The notes: generated by a model not told the origin, from the letters alone. Numbered from the stretch's first letter, positions 5,963-14,388 are shown. The stretch is DNA of 14,613 bases from Candidatus Heimdallarchaeota archaeon (GCA_046761065.1 JBHIFL010000090.1:1-14613); one strand, 5' to 3'. Program-made: numbers and translations.

Positions 5963-8900
5963 TTATTGTTCCCTCTCTCTGCCAGCGAAACTTGTTGGGA
6001 AATATTTCCCTAGAGTTTTTACAGAACCTATTATTTTACACAGCTCCTTTTTGGATACATAAACCAATATCCCAAGTAAGCCTATTACTGAAATCGGAGC
6101 ACCGTAATAAAACCACCTCTGCGGTTTATACTCTATGGTAATTTCGAGTTCCCCCGTGTCCTCTATCCAAAATCCATTTATCACCGAGTAAAGAGGTAAA
6201 CTTTTGTACTCCTTTCCATTTACGCTTGCCGTCCAAAGTGGGTCATAAGCCTCAGCAAATGCCAACATGAAAGGTCTTTGGATATCAACACTAACAACAT
6301 ATTTCGTTGAATCTATTTCCTTCCACGAAATATCGACTGGGCTCCCCCCCAACCTGAAAATATCATCTAAATTTTCGTCATCGTTTACAGAGTAAACTAC
6401 AATACTGTCGATTTCGGTCTTTCCTTTAGGCAATATCTGCAAAACGTGTTTCCCTGTTTGAAGAAACACTACCCCCGAATAAACCCATTTGAGGTTTTCT
6501 TCCTCTCCCATTAGATTTACGTCAACCCTTTCACCGTCTATCCCTATTTCCATCGATTTATGGCTTGGACCTGTAAGAGCCCTCACCCCAATTTTGTAAA
6601 AGGAGTCTCTCAAAATATGAATGCTCGTATTTGCCCATGAAGGGTTTTCTAGCGAAAGTTTTATGTCTTTAATCCTAATTTGATGTGAATCCAGGCCTTG
6701 TTGGGACCTATTCTTGTTCCAATTTACGATTAGCTGAAACCAAATGACTTTACTTCTCGGACCTGCAGGAAAGGTGAATGAAAGCTCCTTCCATCCGGTC
6801 CAGTCCAAATTGTAATGTCCTATGCTCCAGCTTCTAAGTTCACCGTGATTCGTCCGATACCAGAACTCGAGCTGATTTCCGCTCCCATCACCATATGCCC
6901 AGAGGGAGAGGGTGTCGTAGTTTGACCAGTCCTCAAGCTCAAACCCCGTTTGGGCGACAACTTGGATAGAGTTTTCATTGTCGAAGGTGTAATTTATGAT
7001 CAAGTTCTCGCCATCGGAACTCACTTCAACATGATCTTGAGGGGTCCAAGGGCCTGCTTCCCAAACCCCAACATTGTCTGTATTTATTAAACGAGAGGTG
7101 ACAAAACTGCTATGAGATTTATTCAGCACAAGAACCTCCCCTCTACTCGCCTTTCCTCCAAGAAAGTTTGAAATTATCCCATTTCCGTATTCAAAATCAC
7201 TCTCCATTTCCAAGATGTAGATGAGTCTTTTCCCCTCTACAAAATGCCAAGCGTTACCAAAGTACTCTCTCGCTACTTCCTGGGGCATCAATGCTAAGAG
7301 ATTGACCGCGTTAAAGCCATAGGTATTTATCAAGGTGATATAATGTTCTCCTTTACTCAAATTAAATACGCCTACTTTTTTCCAAACGAAGTTGCTTGTT
7401 TTTGCACTTGTGACTATGCTACTCGCCTTTTCCCCATCAATTAATATCGTTAGTTTGCCGCCTTGGGGGTTCTCAAGCACTCGAGCATATAATTCATGAT
7501 AACCGCTCTTTTCAATCTCAATCGGAATAATAAGCGCGTGTCGAGGCCGTGAATCACTTTTGCTTGAAAGAACAATATCTTTGATTTTAATTTGATGTGG
7601 ACCCAAGCCCTGCTGGGACCAGTTCTTGTTCCAATTTACGATTATTTGGAACCAAAGGACCTTATTTCTCGGGCCGGCAGGAAAGGTGAATGAAAGTTCC
7701 TTCCACCCAGTCCAGCCCAAAGTGCAATGTCCAATGCTCCAGCTTCTAAGTTCACCGTGATTCGTCCGATACCAGAACTCGAGCTGATTTCCGCTCCCAT
7801 CACCATATGCCCAGAGGGAGAGGGTGTCGTAGTTTGACCAGTCCTCAAGCTCAAACCCCGTTTGGGCGACAACTTGGATAGAGTTTTCATTGTCAAAGCT
7901 ATAATCCACAACCAAACTCTCGCCATCAGAGCTCACCTTAACATGATCTTGAGGAGTCCAAGGGCCCGCTTCCCAGACCCCAACATCGTCTGTGTTTATT
8001 AAATGGGGAGGTACCGGTCCTAAACTTGGCCTGAAATCATATGTTAGTACTATTCCTTCGCCATAGTCAAAGTTCCAAGGGTTGGGCGAGGGAGAAGTGT
8101 GCCTTAAAAAATAAGTCCAAACGTCGTTCAAAGCAGTTCTGGACCAAGCTTCAGCGGGGTTAAAGCGAGTTGTATAAGCAAATGGAGCTATGAGATACTG
8201 ATTACTTACTTGTGCTAAAGCAATATCGCTTATGTTATTTTTTGAGCCGAGAATCACCCCTTGTGCATCGAAATAGCGGTTTAGCCTAACTTGGTCTAAG
8301 TAAAGCAAACCGAAAGAATCTGGGTCGAATGCTTCGATGGCATTTAGCGAAGTAAGCGTGTCCAAGCCTCCACTAACGAGGAGGTTTTGAGGAGGGATAA
8401 AGATAAATGGCGCATAATCATTATCTTCAAAAATATAATAGAAACCCTCTTGTTTAACGAATTTTAAATCTTTTTGTTCATTGAAATTAGCAATGGCTAT
8501 ATCTGCTTCCTCCTCGGCTCCGACGATGTCATCATGAAATAACACGTAGCGCGTGTTTGTAGGATTGAGATATTTCCCAAAATAAACCGTTTTGTTACCC
8601 AGCAGAGATTCGGAATAAATATACTCGTAATAATAGGCCGTAGAAGGGGTAGAAGGTTCGATATGTCCAAGGTTTGGTCTATTGGATGACCAGATTTCAA
8701 AAGGACCCGTGATACTACTTCCCCAAGTAGTTCCCCGTCCCCGGTATTCCGGTAACCAAGAAACTTTAAAATCGCCGCTTTGATTTGCTAGCCAATTGTT
8801 TACAATATAATATTCTTCGGGGATTTTAATCGGAATGTAGTTACTACCAAACCAACCTTTAACTGATGGTGCAATAAAAAAGGCGAAAGAGAAAAAGATA

Positions 8901-10147
8901 AGCAATACCGCTATTATTTTTTTCCAATTGAAGTTAGGATTTTTCCACCCTCTTTGTAATAGTCCTTGGATAGTGAAGCTCATCATAAAGCAGAAGGCAA
9001 GAGCTAACAGCCCTTCCCACTTATTTGGGTCGCGAAATACCTCAAAAAAAGGGACATTAAAGGTTAGCCATCTATAGCTTGAAGGAAGTGGGCCCTGAAC
9101 TCCCTTAGCCAAAAAGATGAAAAGAAATCCTATCAATGAAAAATACAAGGCATACTTATTCTTGGGGTTCAACAACAGGGAAGCGAAGGCAAATAGTGGT
9201 AGCATAAAGCTTGCAAATAACCAAGGATAAAATAATGCTTGAAATGAGGGGCTATAGTTTACATTTACAGCCCAGTATCCCATAAGTCTAATAACGTTCA
9301 ACACATTGCTATTTCTGCTGAAAAGATTGAGGCTTTCATCAGTTATGTAGGTTTCAGAATATACATGCTCTGGTGTAGCAGAACTAAACACGTACGGGAC
9401 GATCCAAAAAGCGCTAAAGATACAATAAAAGAGTATTATTAGAAGCGTCGATCTGAAATTATTTAATACTTCCGACTTACTTATAGTTTTGATACGAAAG
9501 AGGATTGAAAATGCAAGCCAGCTCAGTATTAACATTCCGGCAAAGATAGCATAAGCTGGGCTAGCGGAAATAAGGACCCATAGCAAAGCAACAGCAATAA
9601 AGTCCTTTATTCTGTGGTTTTTTAATGCCTTTATAAAGCACACTAAAAGCAAAGGAGTAAGAGCATAACCCAACAATAGCCAGATATGACTAAAGCGAGC
9701 TAATGACCAAGGATTTAGCATGTAGACTAAAGCAGCAATGATGGCAGCGATAAATGCCGTCTTTTTGTCCTTTCCATACTCCTTTAACAAAGTGTTGGTG
9801 GCATAATACATTGATAAGCCTATTAAAATCAGACACCCCAGTAGGTACGCTTTGGCAAAGGTTTCCATGGAGATGTTTAGTACTGAGGCAGTGCCAACTG
9901 TAAATGCTACTGTAGGGAGGCGAGGAAGTGCGAATAGCGCTGAAAAACTGCCATAGGGGCTCCATAGAGGGTAGGTGTAGTAGGAAAGGAATCTTTCCAC
10001 GGGAGATGGAAAAATGAGATCACCATACATTACCAAACCATTCGTGAACAGGACTCTATGCAAGACTGCCACTGAAATCGCTGAAATAAGCAGGAGGGGA
10101 AAGATTTTGATAAGTAATTTCTTAAAAGATTTATTGTGATGCAGCAC
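5963..10147 (-). CDS. Large GT-C membrane glycosyltransferase (AftD/DUF3367- and YfhO-like) with extracellular carbohydrate-binding-type beta-sandwich domains and a C-terminal TM anchor
   Basis: About 430 aa of polytopic N-terminus with an Asp after TM1 (YGDLIFP), YMLNPW, GYALTP and FRDPNKW. This is followed by YYIVNNWL..DFKVSWLP, two CBM11/CIA30-like modules (DWSNYDTLSLWAYGDGSG...WTGWKELSF), two CBM6/35-like segments, a YfhO-type end (EAYDPLWTASVNG...INGF...YKPQ) and a final TM helix. GTG start. Confidence 0.8.
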   Translation of the reverse strand: MLHHNKSFKKLLIKIFPLLLISAISVAVLHRVLFTNGLVMYGDLIFPSPVERFLSYYTYPLWSPYGSFSALFALPRLPTVAFTVGTASVLNISMETFAKAYLLGCLILIGLSMYYATNTLLKEYGKDKKTAFIAAIIAALVYMLNPWSLARFSHIWLLLGYALTPLLLVCFIKALKNHRIKDFIAVALLWVLISASPAYAIFAGMLILSWLAFSILFRIKTISKSEVLNNFRSTLLIILFYCIFSAFWIVPYVFSSATPEHVYSETYITDESLNLFSRNSNVLNVIRLMGYWAVNVNYSPSFQALFYPWLFASFMLPLFAFASLLLNPKNKYALYFSLIGFLFIFLAKGVQGPLPSSYRWLTFNVPFFEVFRDPNKWEGLLALAFCFMMSFTIQGLLQRGWKNPNFNWKKIIAVLLIFFSFAFFIAPSVKGWFGSNYIPIKIPEEYYIVNNWLANQSGDFKVSWLPEYRGRGTTWGSSITGPFEIWSSNRPNLGHIEPSTPSTAYYYEYIYSESLLGNKTVYFGKYLNPTNTRYVLFHDDIVGAEEEADIAIANFNEQKDLKFVKQEGFYYIFEDNDYAPFIFIPPQNLLVSGGLDTLTSLNAIEAFDPDSFGLLYLDQVRLNRYFDAQGVILGSKNNISDIALAQVSNQYLIAPFAYTTRFNPAEAWSRTALNDVWTYFLRHTSPSPNPWNFDYGEGIVLTYDFRPSLGPVPPHLINTDDVGVWEAGPWTPQDHVKVSSDGESLVVDYSFDNENSIQVVAQTGFELEDWSNYDTLSLWAYGDGSGNQLEFWYRTNHGELRSWSIGHCTLGWTGWKELSFTFPAGPRNKVLWFQIIVNWNKNWSQQGLGPHQIKIKDIVLSSKSDSRPRHALIIPIEIEKSGYHELYARVLENPQGGKLTILIDGEKASSIVTSAKTSNFVWKKVGVFNLSKGEHYITLINTYGFNAVNLLALMPQEVAREYFGNAWHFVEGKRLIYILEMESDFEYGNGIISNFLGGKASRGEVLVLNKSHSSFVTSRLINTDNVGVWEAGPWTPQDHVEVSSDGENLIINYTFDNENSIQVVAQTGFELEDWSNYDTLSLWAYGDGSGNQLEFWYRTNHGELRSWSIGHYNLDWTGWKELSFTFPAGPRSKVIWFQLIVNWNKNRSQQGLDSHQIRIKDIKLSLENPSWANTSIHILRDSFYKIGVRALTGPSHKSMEIGIDGERVDVNLMGEEENLKWVYSGVVFLQTGKHVLQILPKGKTEIDSIVVYSVNDDENLDDIFRLGGSPVDISWKEIDSTKYVVSVDIQRPFMLAFAEAYDPLWTASVNGKEYKSLPLYSVINGFWIEDTGELEITIEYKPQRWFYYGAPISVIGLLGILVYVSKKELCKIIGSVKTLGKYFPTSFAGREREQ
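6654..7091. repeat. Intragenic direct repeat, copy 2 (438 bp, about 146 aa CBM11-like module)
   Basis: Ungapped match to 7566-8003 at an offset of 912 bp. Bases 6822-6982 are identical to 7734-7894; the flanks are about 83% identical by hand count. Confidence 0.95.
7566..8003. repeat. Intragenic direct repeat, copy 1 (438 bp, about 146 aa CBM11-like module)
   Basis: Encodes LINTDDVGVWEAGPW...IKDIVLS and matches 6654-7091. Confidence 0.95.
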
Positions 10148-10191
10148 TTTTTTTACCTACAATATTGTCGTCTACATCATGCTCACACGCT

Positions 10192-11313
10192 TTACCCGTG
10201 CGCATGTGGCATCTTGAAAACCCTACAATATTTACAAATTTCGGGCACTTTTCCCTGACGTATCATCTGCCGAAGTTTTTTGTATTCGTTGTTCCATATT
10301 TCTGAGAAAGGTTTTTCAAACAAATTTCCTACTGCATTTTTTTTCTGAAAATCACGTTGATTCGCTTCATTTATTACGCAGCAGGGTTGTACATGCCCGG
10401 TGACAAGTATGAAAGGTTCAGTCCAACCGACACATTTAGTTATGGGTTCGGAAGGGGCCACGTTTGGATTCCACCACATCTCGATCCCTAACTCCCTCGA
10501 TTTTTTTACTAATGTACATTTAACCTCTTCAGGAATCTTTACGACTAAATCTCTAACTTCTTTAAAAGCGAGTAAATCAGACCAGTACACCAAAGTACCG
10601 CCAGTTTCATCAGCTTTTAGAGAGTGCACCAGTTCCAAGAATTTAGGCATTTCATAAACATTCATTTTAGTGACAATATAATGGAACCATAGCTCGGGTA
10701 CAGGTGAGCCTAGCTCTTTTTTCGCACGAAGAAGCGCTCTAACATTGTTTAAAACTTTGTCAAAATTTGCACCGACTCTTATTTTTTCATAGGTTTCTTT
10801 AGTTGCTGCATCTATTGATAAATAAATTTTATCTATCCCTATTTCGACCAACTCTCTCGCCATGTTTTCATCTATTTGAGTAAAGGTATCAAAAAATTCA
10901 ACGTATATTGATTTTGATTTTAAATATCTAAGCATTTTCATGTAATCTTTATTTAGAAATCCTGAGCCAATCCCTGTGATACCTATCCACTTAAGATTAA
11001 GAAATTGATCTATAATCTTCTTAAATTCTTCAAAAGACATGTCTCTGGGCGGTTCTTTCCAATAGGTATGTTCGCAAATCGTGCATTTAAGATGGCATTT
11101 TGTGGTGATCTCGACCTCAATAGTTTTTGGATATGGCACAAAATCCGGAAATATTCTATATAGTGGATCTAGGAGATTAAGACCTGAATTACTCGTAAAC
11201 AGCGAAACCCAGACGTAGTTGTACGCCATCTTGAACTTCCTTTTTCTCAACAGGTAAAAAATCTCTTTAACCCTCCATTTCACCAGTTTAAACAGTTTGA
11301 ATTTACTTGCCAT
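10192..11313 (-). CDS. Radical SAM protein with a SPASM/twitch auxiliary Fe-S domain (paralog 1)
   Basis: CHLKCTIC at 11074-11097, LSIDAATKETYEKIR, and a C-terminal C-x16-CC-x47-CxxC with GNLFEKPFSEIWN. ATG at 11313 (alternative TTG at 11322). Confidence 0.93.
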   Translation of the reverse strand: MASKFKLFKLVKWRVKEIFYLLRKRKFKMAYNYVWVSLFTSNSGLNLLDPLYRIFPDFVPYPKTIEVEITTKCHLKCTICEHTYWKEPPRDMSFEEFKKIIDQFLNLKWIGITGIGSGFLNKDYMKMLRYLKSKSIYVEFFDTFTQIDENMARELVEIGIDKIYLSIDAATKETYEKIRVGANFDKVLNNVRALLRAKKELGSPVPELWFHYIVTKMNVYEMPKFLELVHSLKADETGGTLVYWSDLLAFKEVRDLVVKIPEEVKCTLVKKSRELGIEMWWNPNVAPSEPITKCVGWTEPFILVTGHVQPCCVINEANQRDFQKKNAVGNLFEKPFSEIWNNEYKKLRQMIRQGKVPEICKYCRVFKMPHAHG

Positions 11314-11366
11314 AAAATTCAATATCAGTTTTTATCAGCGAACTAGTGAGCAAATACTCTTTAAAC

Positions 11367-12494
11367 TTAATTACCCAATTTTTTTTGCAATATTTCCATA
11401 AATTCTCTAGCACTTCTATCCCAGCTGAAATTTGAAGCCCATCTCAGAGCATTTCTTCTCAGCTTTCTTCTCAATTTTTCGTCTCCTAGAACTCTAATAG
11501 TTGCTAGCGCTAGCTTCTCTATGTCTCCATATGGAACAAGTAAACCTGTCTCTTCATTCTTTATGGAATCCCTATAACCTGGAACATCATAAGCGATGCA
11601 GGGGGTTCCACATAAATTTGCCTCTAATACTATTATCCCCCACCCCTCGAGCATGGATGTAGCAATAAGTACCCATGCTCTCCTCAGAATCTCGATTTTT
11701 TCTTCTTCGGATGTTGGTCCAGTTAGCTTGACAGAATGACTCAGACCCAATTTTTGCACGAGCTCATAAAGCTCTTTATATTCGCCTCTCCCCGCTATTA
11801 TTAGTTCAGCCTCTGGCACTTTTCTTTTAACAATTTCAAATGCTCGAACCACGTGATCGACTCGTTTATAATTTTTTATTCTGCCAAAGTATACCACTAG
11901 GAATCTGTTGGTTGAACTGAACTTCGGTCTGTATAAGTTTCTATCAATACCCATTGGGATGGCATTAACTAAGTGTTCACGAAACCCTAACGATATTAAT
12001 CCTTCCCTCAAAGAAAGACCATCAGAAGCTGTTATGATTGTGATATTCTTATAAATAAATGGCGTAAAAATATCCAAAATATGTACAAAAATAGCCAACG
12101 GCAAGGGCAACTCCTTATACAGTAATCTTCCGTGAATACCGCGGAATGCTTTATCCGCTCCATGTATTATCGCCATGAGCGGTTTTCCCTTAATGTAGAG
12201 AGGGGTGAAAAGGGGCACCTTAGTGATATCATCGATAACAACATCAAAATGTTCATGCCTTAGTTTTTTTACATAACACCAGAATGCGGCGAGACTAAAA
12301 GTATAGTCGTTCCCAACTCTGAACACCTTGATTCCGTCTATGACCTCAACATTCTTACAACCACTAAATTTGGATGAAACCAAGAAAACCTCGTGCTCTT
12401 TGGCAATTCTTTTAAAAATTTCATGTAAATGGACCTCAGATCCCCCAGCTTTAGGGTTCCTTATGTCCCTACAGTTTAAAACTAGGATTTTCAT
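11367..12494 (-). CDS. Glycosyltransferase family 4 (GT-B fold), RDxxxPxAGGxE subfamily
   Basis: Motifs MKILVLNCRDIRNPKAGGSEVHLHE, YFGRIKNYKRVD and the canonical EGWGIIVLEANLCGTP..AYDVPG. ATG at 12494 (alternative TTG at 12509). Confidence 0.92.
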   Translation of the reverse strand: MKILVLNCRDIRNPKAGGSEVHLHEIFKRIAKEHEVFLVSSKFSGCKNVEVIDGIKVFRVGNDYTFSLAAFWCYVKKLRHEHFDVVIDDITKVPLFTPLYIKGKPLMAIIHGADKAFRGIHGRLLYKELPLPLAIFVHILDIFTPFIYKNITIITASDGLSLREGLISLGFREHLVNAIPMGIDRNLYRPKFSSTNRFLVVYFGRIKNYKRVDHVVRAFEIVKRKVPEAELIIAGRGEYKELYELVQKLGLSHSVKLTGPTSEEEKIEILRRAWVLIATSMLEGWGIIVLEANLCGTPCIAYDVPGYRDSIKNEETGLLVPYGDIEKLALATIRVLGDEKLRRKLRRNALRWASNFSWDRSAREFMEILQKKLGN

Positions 12495-12514
12495 GCGAAT
12501 ACAGGTCAAAAACT

Positions 12515-13252
12515 TTAATTTTTATAAGCTATACCAAATTTTAACTTAAAACAAGTCTTGATGAATTCCATAAGATCTTTATTTCTGAGTTTCGACTCCC
12601 CACGTTTCCTTTCTCTGAAAATGATTGGGGTCTCAACGATTCTTGCACGTTTTTGAATAGCAAAATAAAGCAGACTGAGTTGAAATGCGTAGCCATCAGT
12701 TTCAAGGCGTTTCGGTAAACCTTCTAACATCGAAGCACGAATTGCCCTAAAGCCGCTCGTGCAATCCTTAAATTTAAAGCCTGTGGCAAACTTTCCGAGA
12801 AAATTTCCGGCCCAGCTTATCGAGCTCCTTCTCCAAGGCCAACCCTCTATTCTCCCGCCCTTAACATATCTCGAGCCTATCACAAAGTCATAACCTTCCT
12901 CTATTTTATCCAAAAGGCGCGGGAGATCGCTAGGGTCGTGCGATAGGTCTGCATCCATTTCCACGAGTGTGTCTGTTTTCAGCTCCTCTATTGAGTGTCT
13001 AAATCCTGCCTTGTACGCGTCTCCAAGGCCCTTTTTTTCAATTCTTTCGAGCAGGAATATTTTGCCGGGATTCTCTTTCGCTAGTCTTTTTACCTCAGAT
13101 GCAGTCCCATCCGGGCTTCCGTCATCAACAATTAAGACGATGATATCCCACTTTTCAATCGCCTTTTGTGAAACTTTCATGAGTTCCGAGAGCAAGCGCT
13201 TGATGTTCTCCCGCTCGTTATACGTGGGCACGATCACGCAGCATCTCTTCAT
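12515..13252 (-). CDS. Glycosyltransferase family 2, DPM1/Ppm1-like polyprenyl(dolichyl)-phosphate sugar synthase
   Basis: Motifs VIVPTYNERENI, VDDGSPDGT, GLGDAY, EMDADLSHDP, GSRYVKGG, DCTSGFRA, GYAFQ and PIIFRERKRGESK. It has an ATGA overlap with the flippase stop. Confidence 0.93.
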   Translation of the reverse strand: MKRCCVIVPTYNERENIKRLLSELMKVSQKAIEKWDIIVLIVDDGSPDGTASEVKRLAKENPGKIFLLERIEKKGLGDAYKAGFRHSIEELKTDTLVEMDADLSHDPSDLPRLLDKIEEGYDFVIGSRYVKGGRIEGWPWRRSSISWAGNFLGKFATGFKFKDCTSGFRAIRASMLEGLPKRLETDGYAFQLSLLYFAIQKRARIVETPIIFRERKRGESKLRNKDLMEFIKTCFKLKFGIAYKN

Positions 13253-14388
13253 TTTATCCCCCTAAAAAGGATCAGCGAAGCTGCCAAAGTTGTTTGAAGT
13301 AACAGCATGCTCGTCGCTAGCCCTATCGCCCCGAAGCAAGATCCTAGAACCAAGATCCCGGCAATCCCCGCGGCGAGTGCAACTGCATACGAAACTAGCA
13401 CCACGCCCGGCCTCTCATGCGCGTAGAGCTCGGACATCTTTGTCGCCGCGATGGTGAATGGTACTACCCCCAAGCTCATGACTTGAATTAAGCCAACGCT
13501 TTCAGAGAAGCTCGGGAAGACCCAGGGGATGATTATGGGGGAAAGCACAATGACCGAGGCGGCGAGCGCGACCGAGACGAGGATGCCAAGAGTTTCAACC
13601 TGCATAGTTTTGGTTCCAGCCGACTTCTCAGGCAGGAGGTAAGAGAATAAAACCATAGGCAGGACGCTTAAAGCCATGAATATCTGGTAGGCCAGCTGGT
13701 AAAGGCCAAGAGTAACCATGCCAAAGAGGGGCCCTATCAATATCTTGTCCAGCATGCTTGTAGAACCAGTTGTGACATCAGCGCCGAATGCCTTCAGGGC
13801 GAAACCTGCTTTTTCCTTCGCCTCTTTTATGCCCGGGTTGCTCTTACGCATGTATTTCAGGGATAAAAGACCAAATATAAGGTGAGGGATCGCGTAACCA
13901 AGGAGCACCCCAAGCAACCCCTGCCAGAAATACATTGCTATGGCAAGAGGGAGGGAGATGAGTTTTATCCCTATCCAAGTCCACATGTAACGCTTGTACC
14001 TGCGCTTCCCTAGTTCAAAGGATACGGTCATCGAGAAGAGCGAGAGGCCGACTATCAGCAGGCCAACCAAAGGCTCAACAAGCAGTCCCATGGCAACCCC
14101 GCCCGCAAGGCTGGTAACAAGAACGATCGTCACAGCACCCCCAAGGAGATCATCCATCCCCCCCTTCGGGTAATATGTGACTACGGTCTTTCCCCAACCA
14201 AGCACGCAAGAGGTGGAAACGAACATCGCTATCGATATTAGCCAGTTAATCTGGCCGTATGCGCCAGGCTCGAGCAACTTGGCCATGACGAACCAAAATA
14301 TCGCGCCTAAGGCCACGGCTCCTGTCTGCCCTATGGCCACATAAAGGACGCCGGGATGGCCTCTAAGAACCCTGTGAACGGTTTCCAC
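13249..14388 (-). CDS. Wzx/RfbX-like oligosaccharide flippase (polysaccharide biosynthesis / MOP superfamily)
   Basis: About 12 TM segments. Motifs AKLLEPGAYG, DKILIGPLFGMVTLGLYQLA, LLPEKS and FGAIGLA. GTG start, translationally coupled to the GT2. Confidence 0.88.
   Translation of the reverse strand: METVHRVLRGHPGVLYVAIGQTGAVALGAIFWFVMAKLLEPGAYGQINWLISIAMFVSTSCVLGWGKTVVTYYPKGGMDDLLGGAVTIVLVTSLAGGVAMGLLVEPLVGLLIVGLSLFSMTVSFELGKRRYKRYMWTWIGIKLISLPLAIAMYFWQGLLGVLLGYAIPHLIFGLLSLKYMRKSNPGIKEAKEKAGFALKAFGADVTTGSTSMLDKILIGPLFGMVTLGLYQLAYQIFMALSVLPMVLFSYLLPEKSAGTKTMQVETLGILVSVALAASVIVLSPIIIPWVFPSFSESVGLIQVMSLGVVPFTIAATKMSELYAHERPGVVLVSYAVALAAGIAGILVLGSCFGAIGLATSMLLLQTTLAASLILFRGIK

Noticed and set aside
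6654-8003. Repeat pair as a diversity-generating retroelement TR/VR or a CRISPR array
   Set aside because: The mismatches are not adenine-specific and many are synonymous. Both copies are coding in one ORF, there is no reverse transcriptase, and there is no repeat-spacer periodicity.
4685-11313. Radical SAM/SPASM pair as RiPP maturases
   Set aside because: There is no RRE domain, only a twitch-type Cys pattern, and no precursor, peptidase or peptide exporter. The context is entirely glycan biosynthesis.
432-13265. Other short ORFs in the track (432-659, 1284-1694, 1828-2097, 2493-2846, 3105-3311, 3631-3816, 4138-4365, 7642-7926, 8497-8700, 9690-9965, 10400-10657, 12328-12549, 12969-13265)
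   Set aside because: All lie wholly or mostly within well-supported genes, in alternative frames or antisense, and none shows family motifs.
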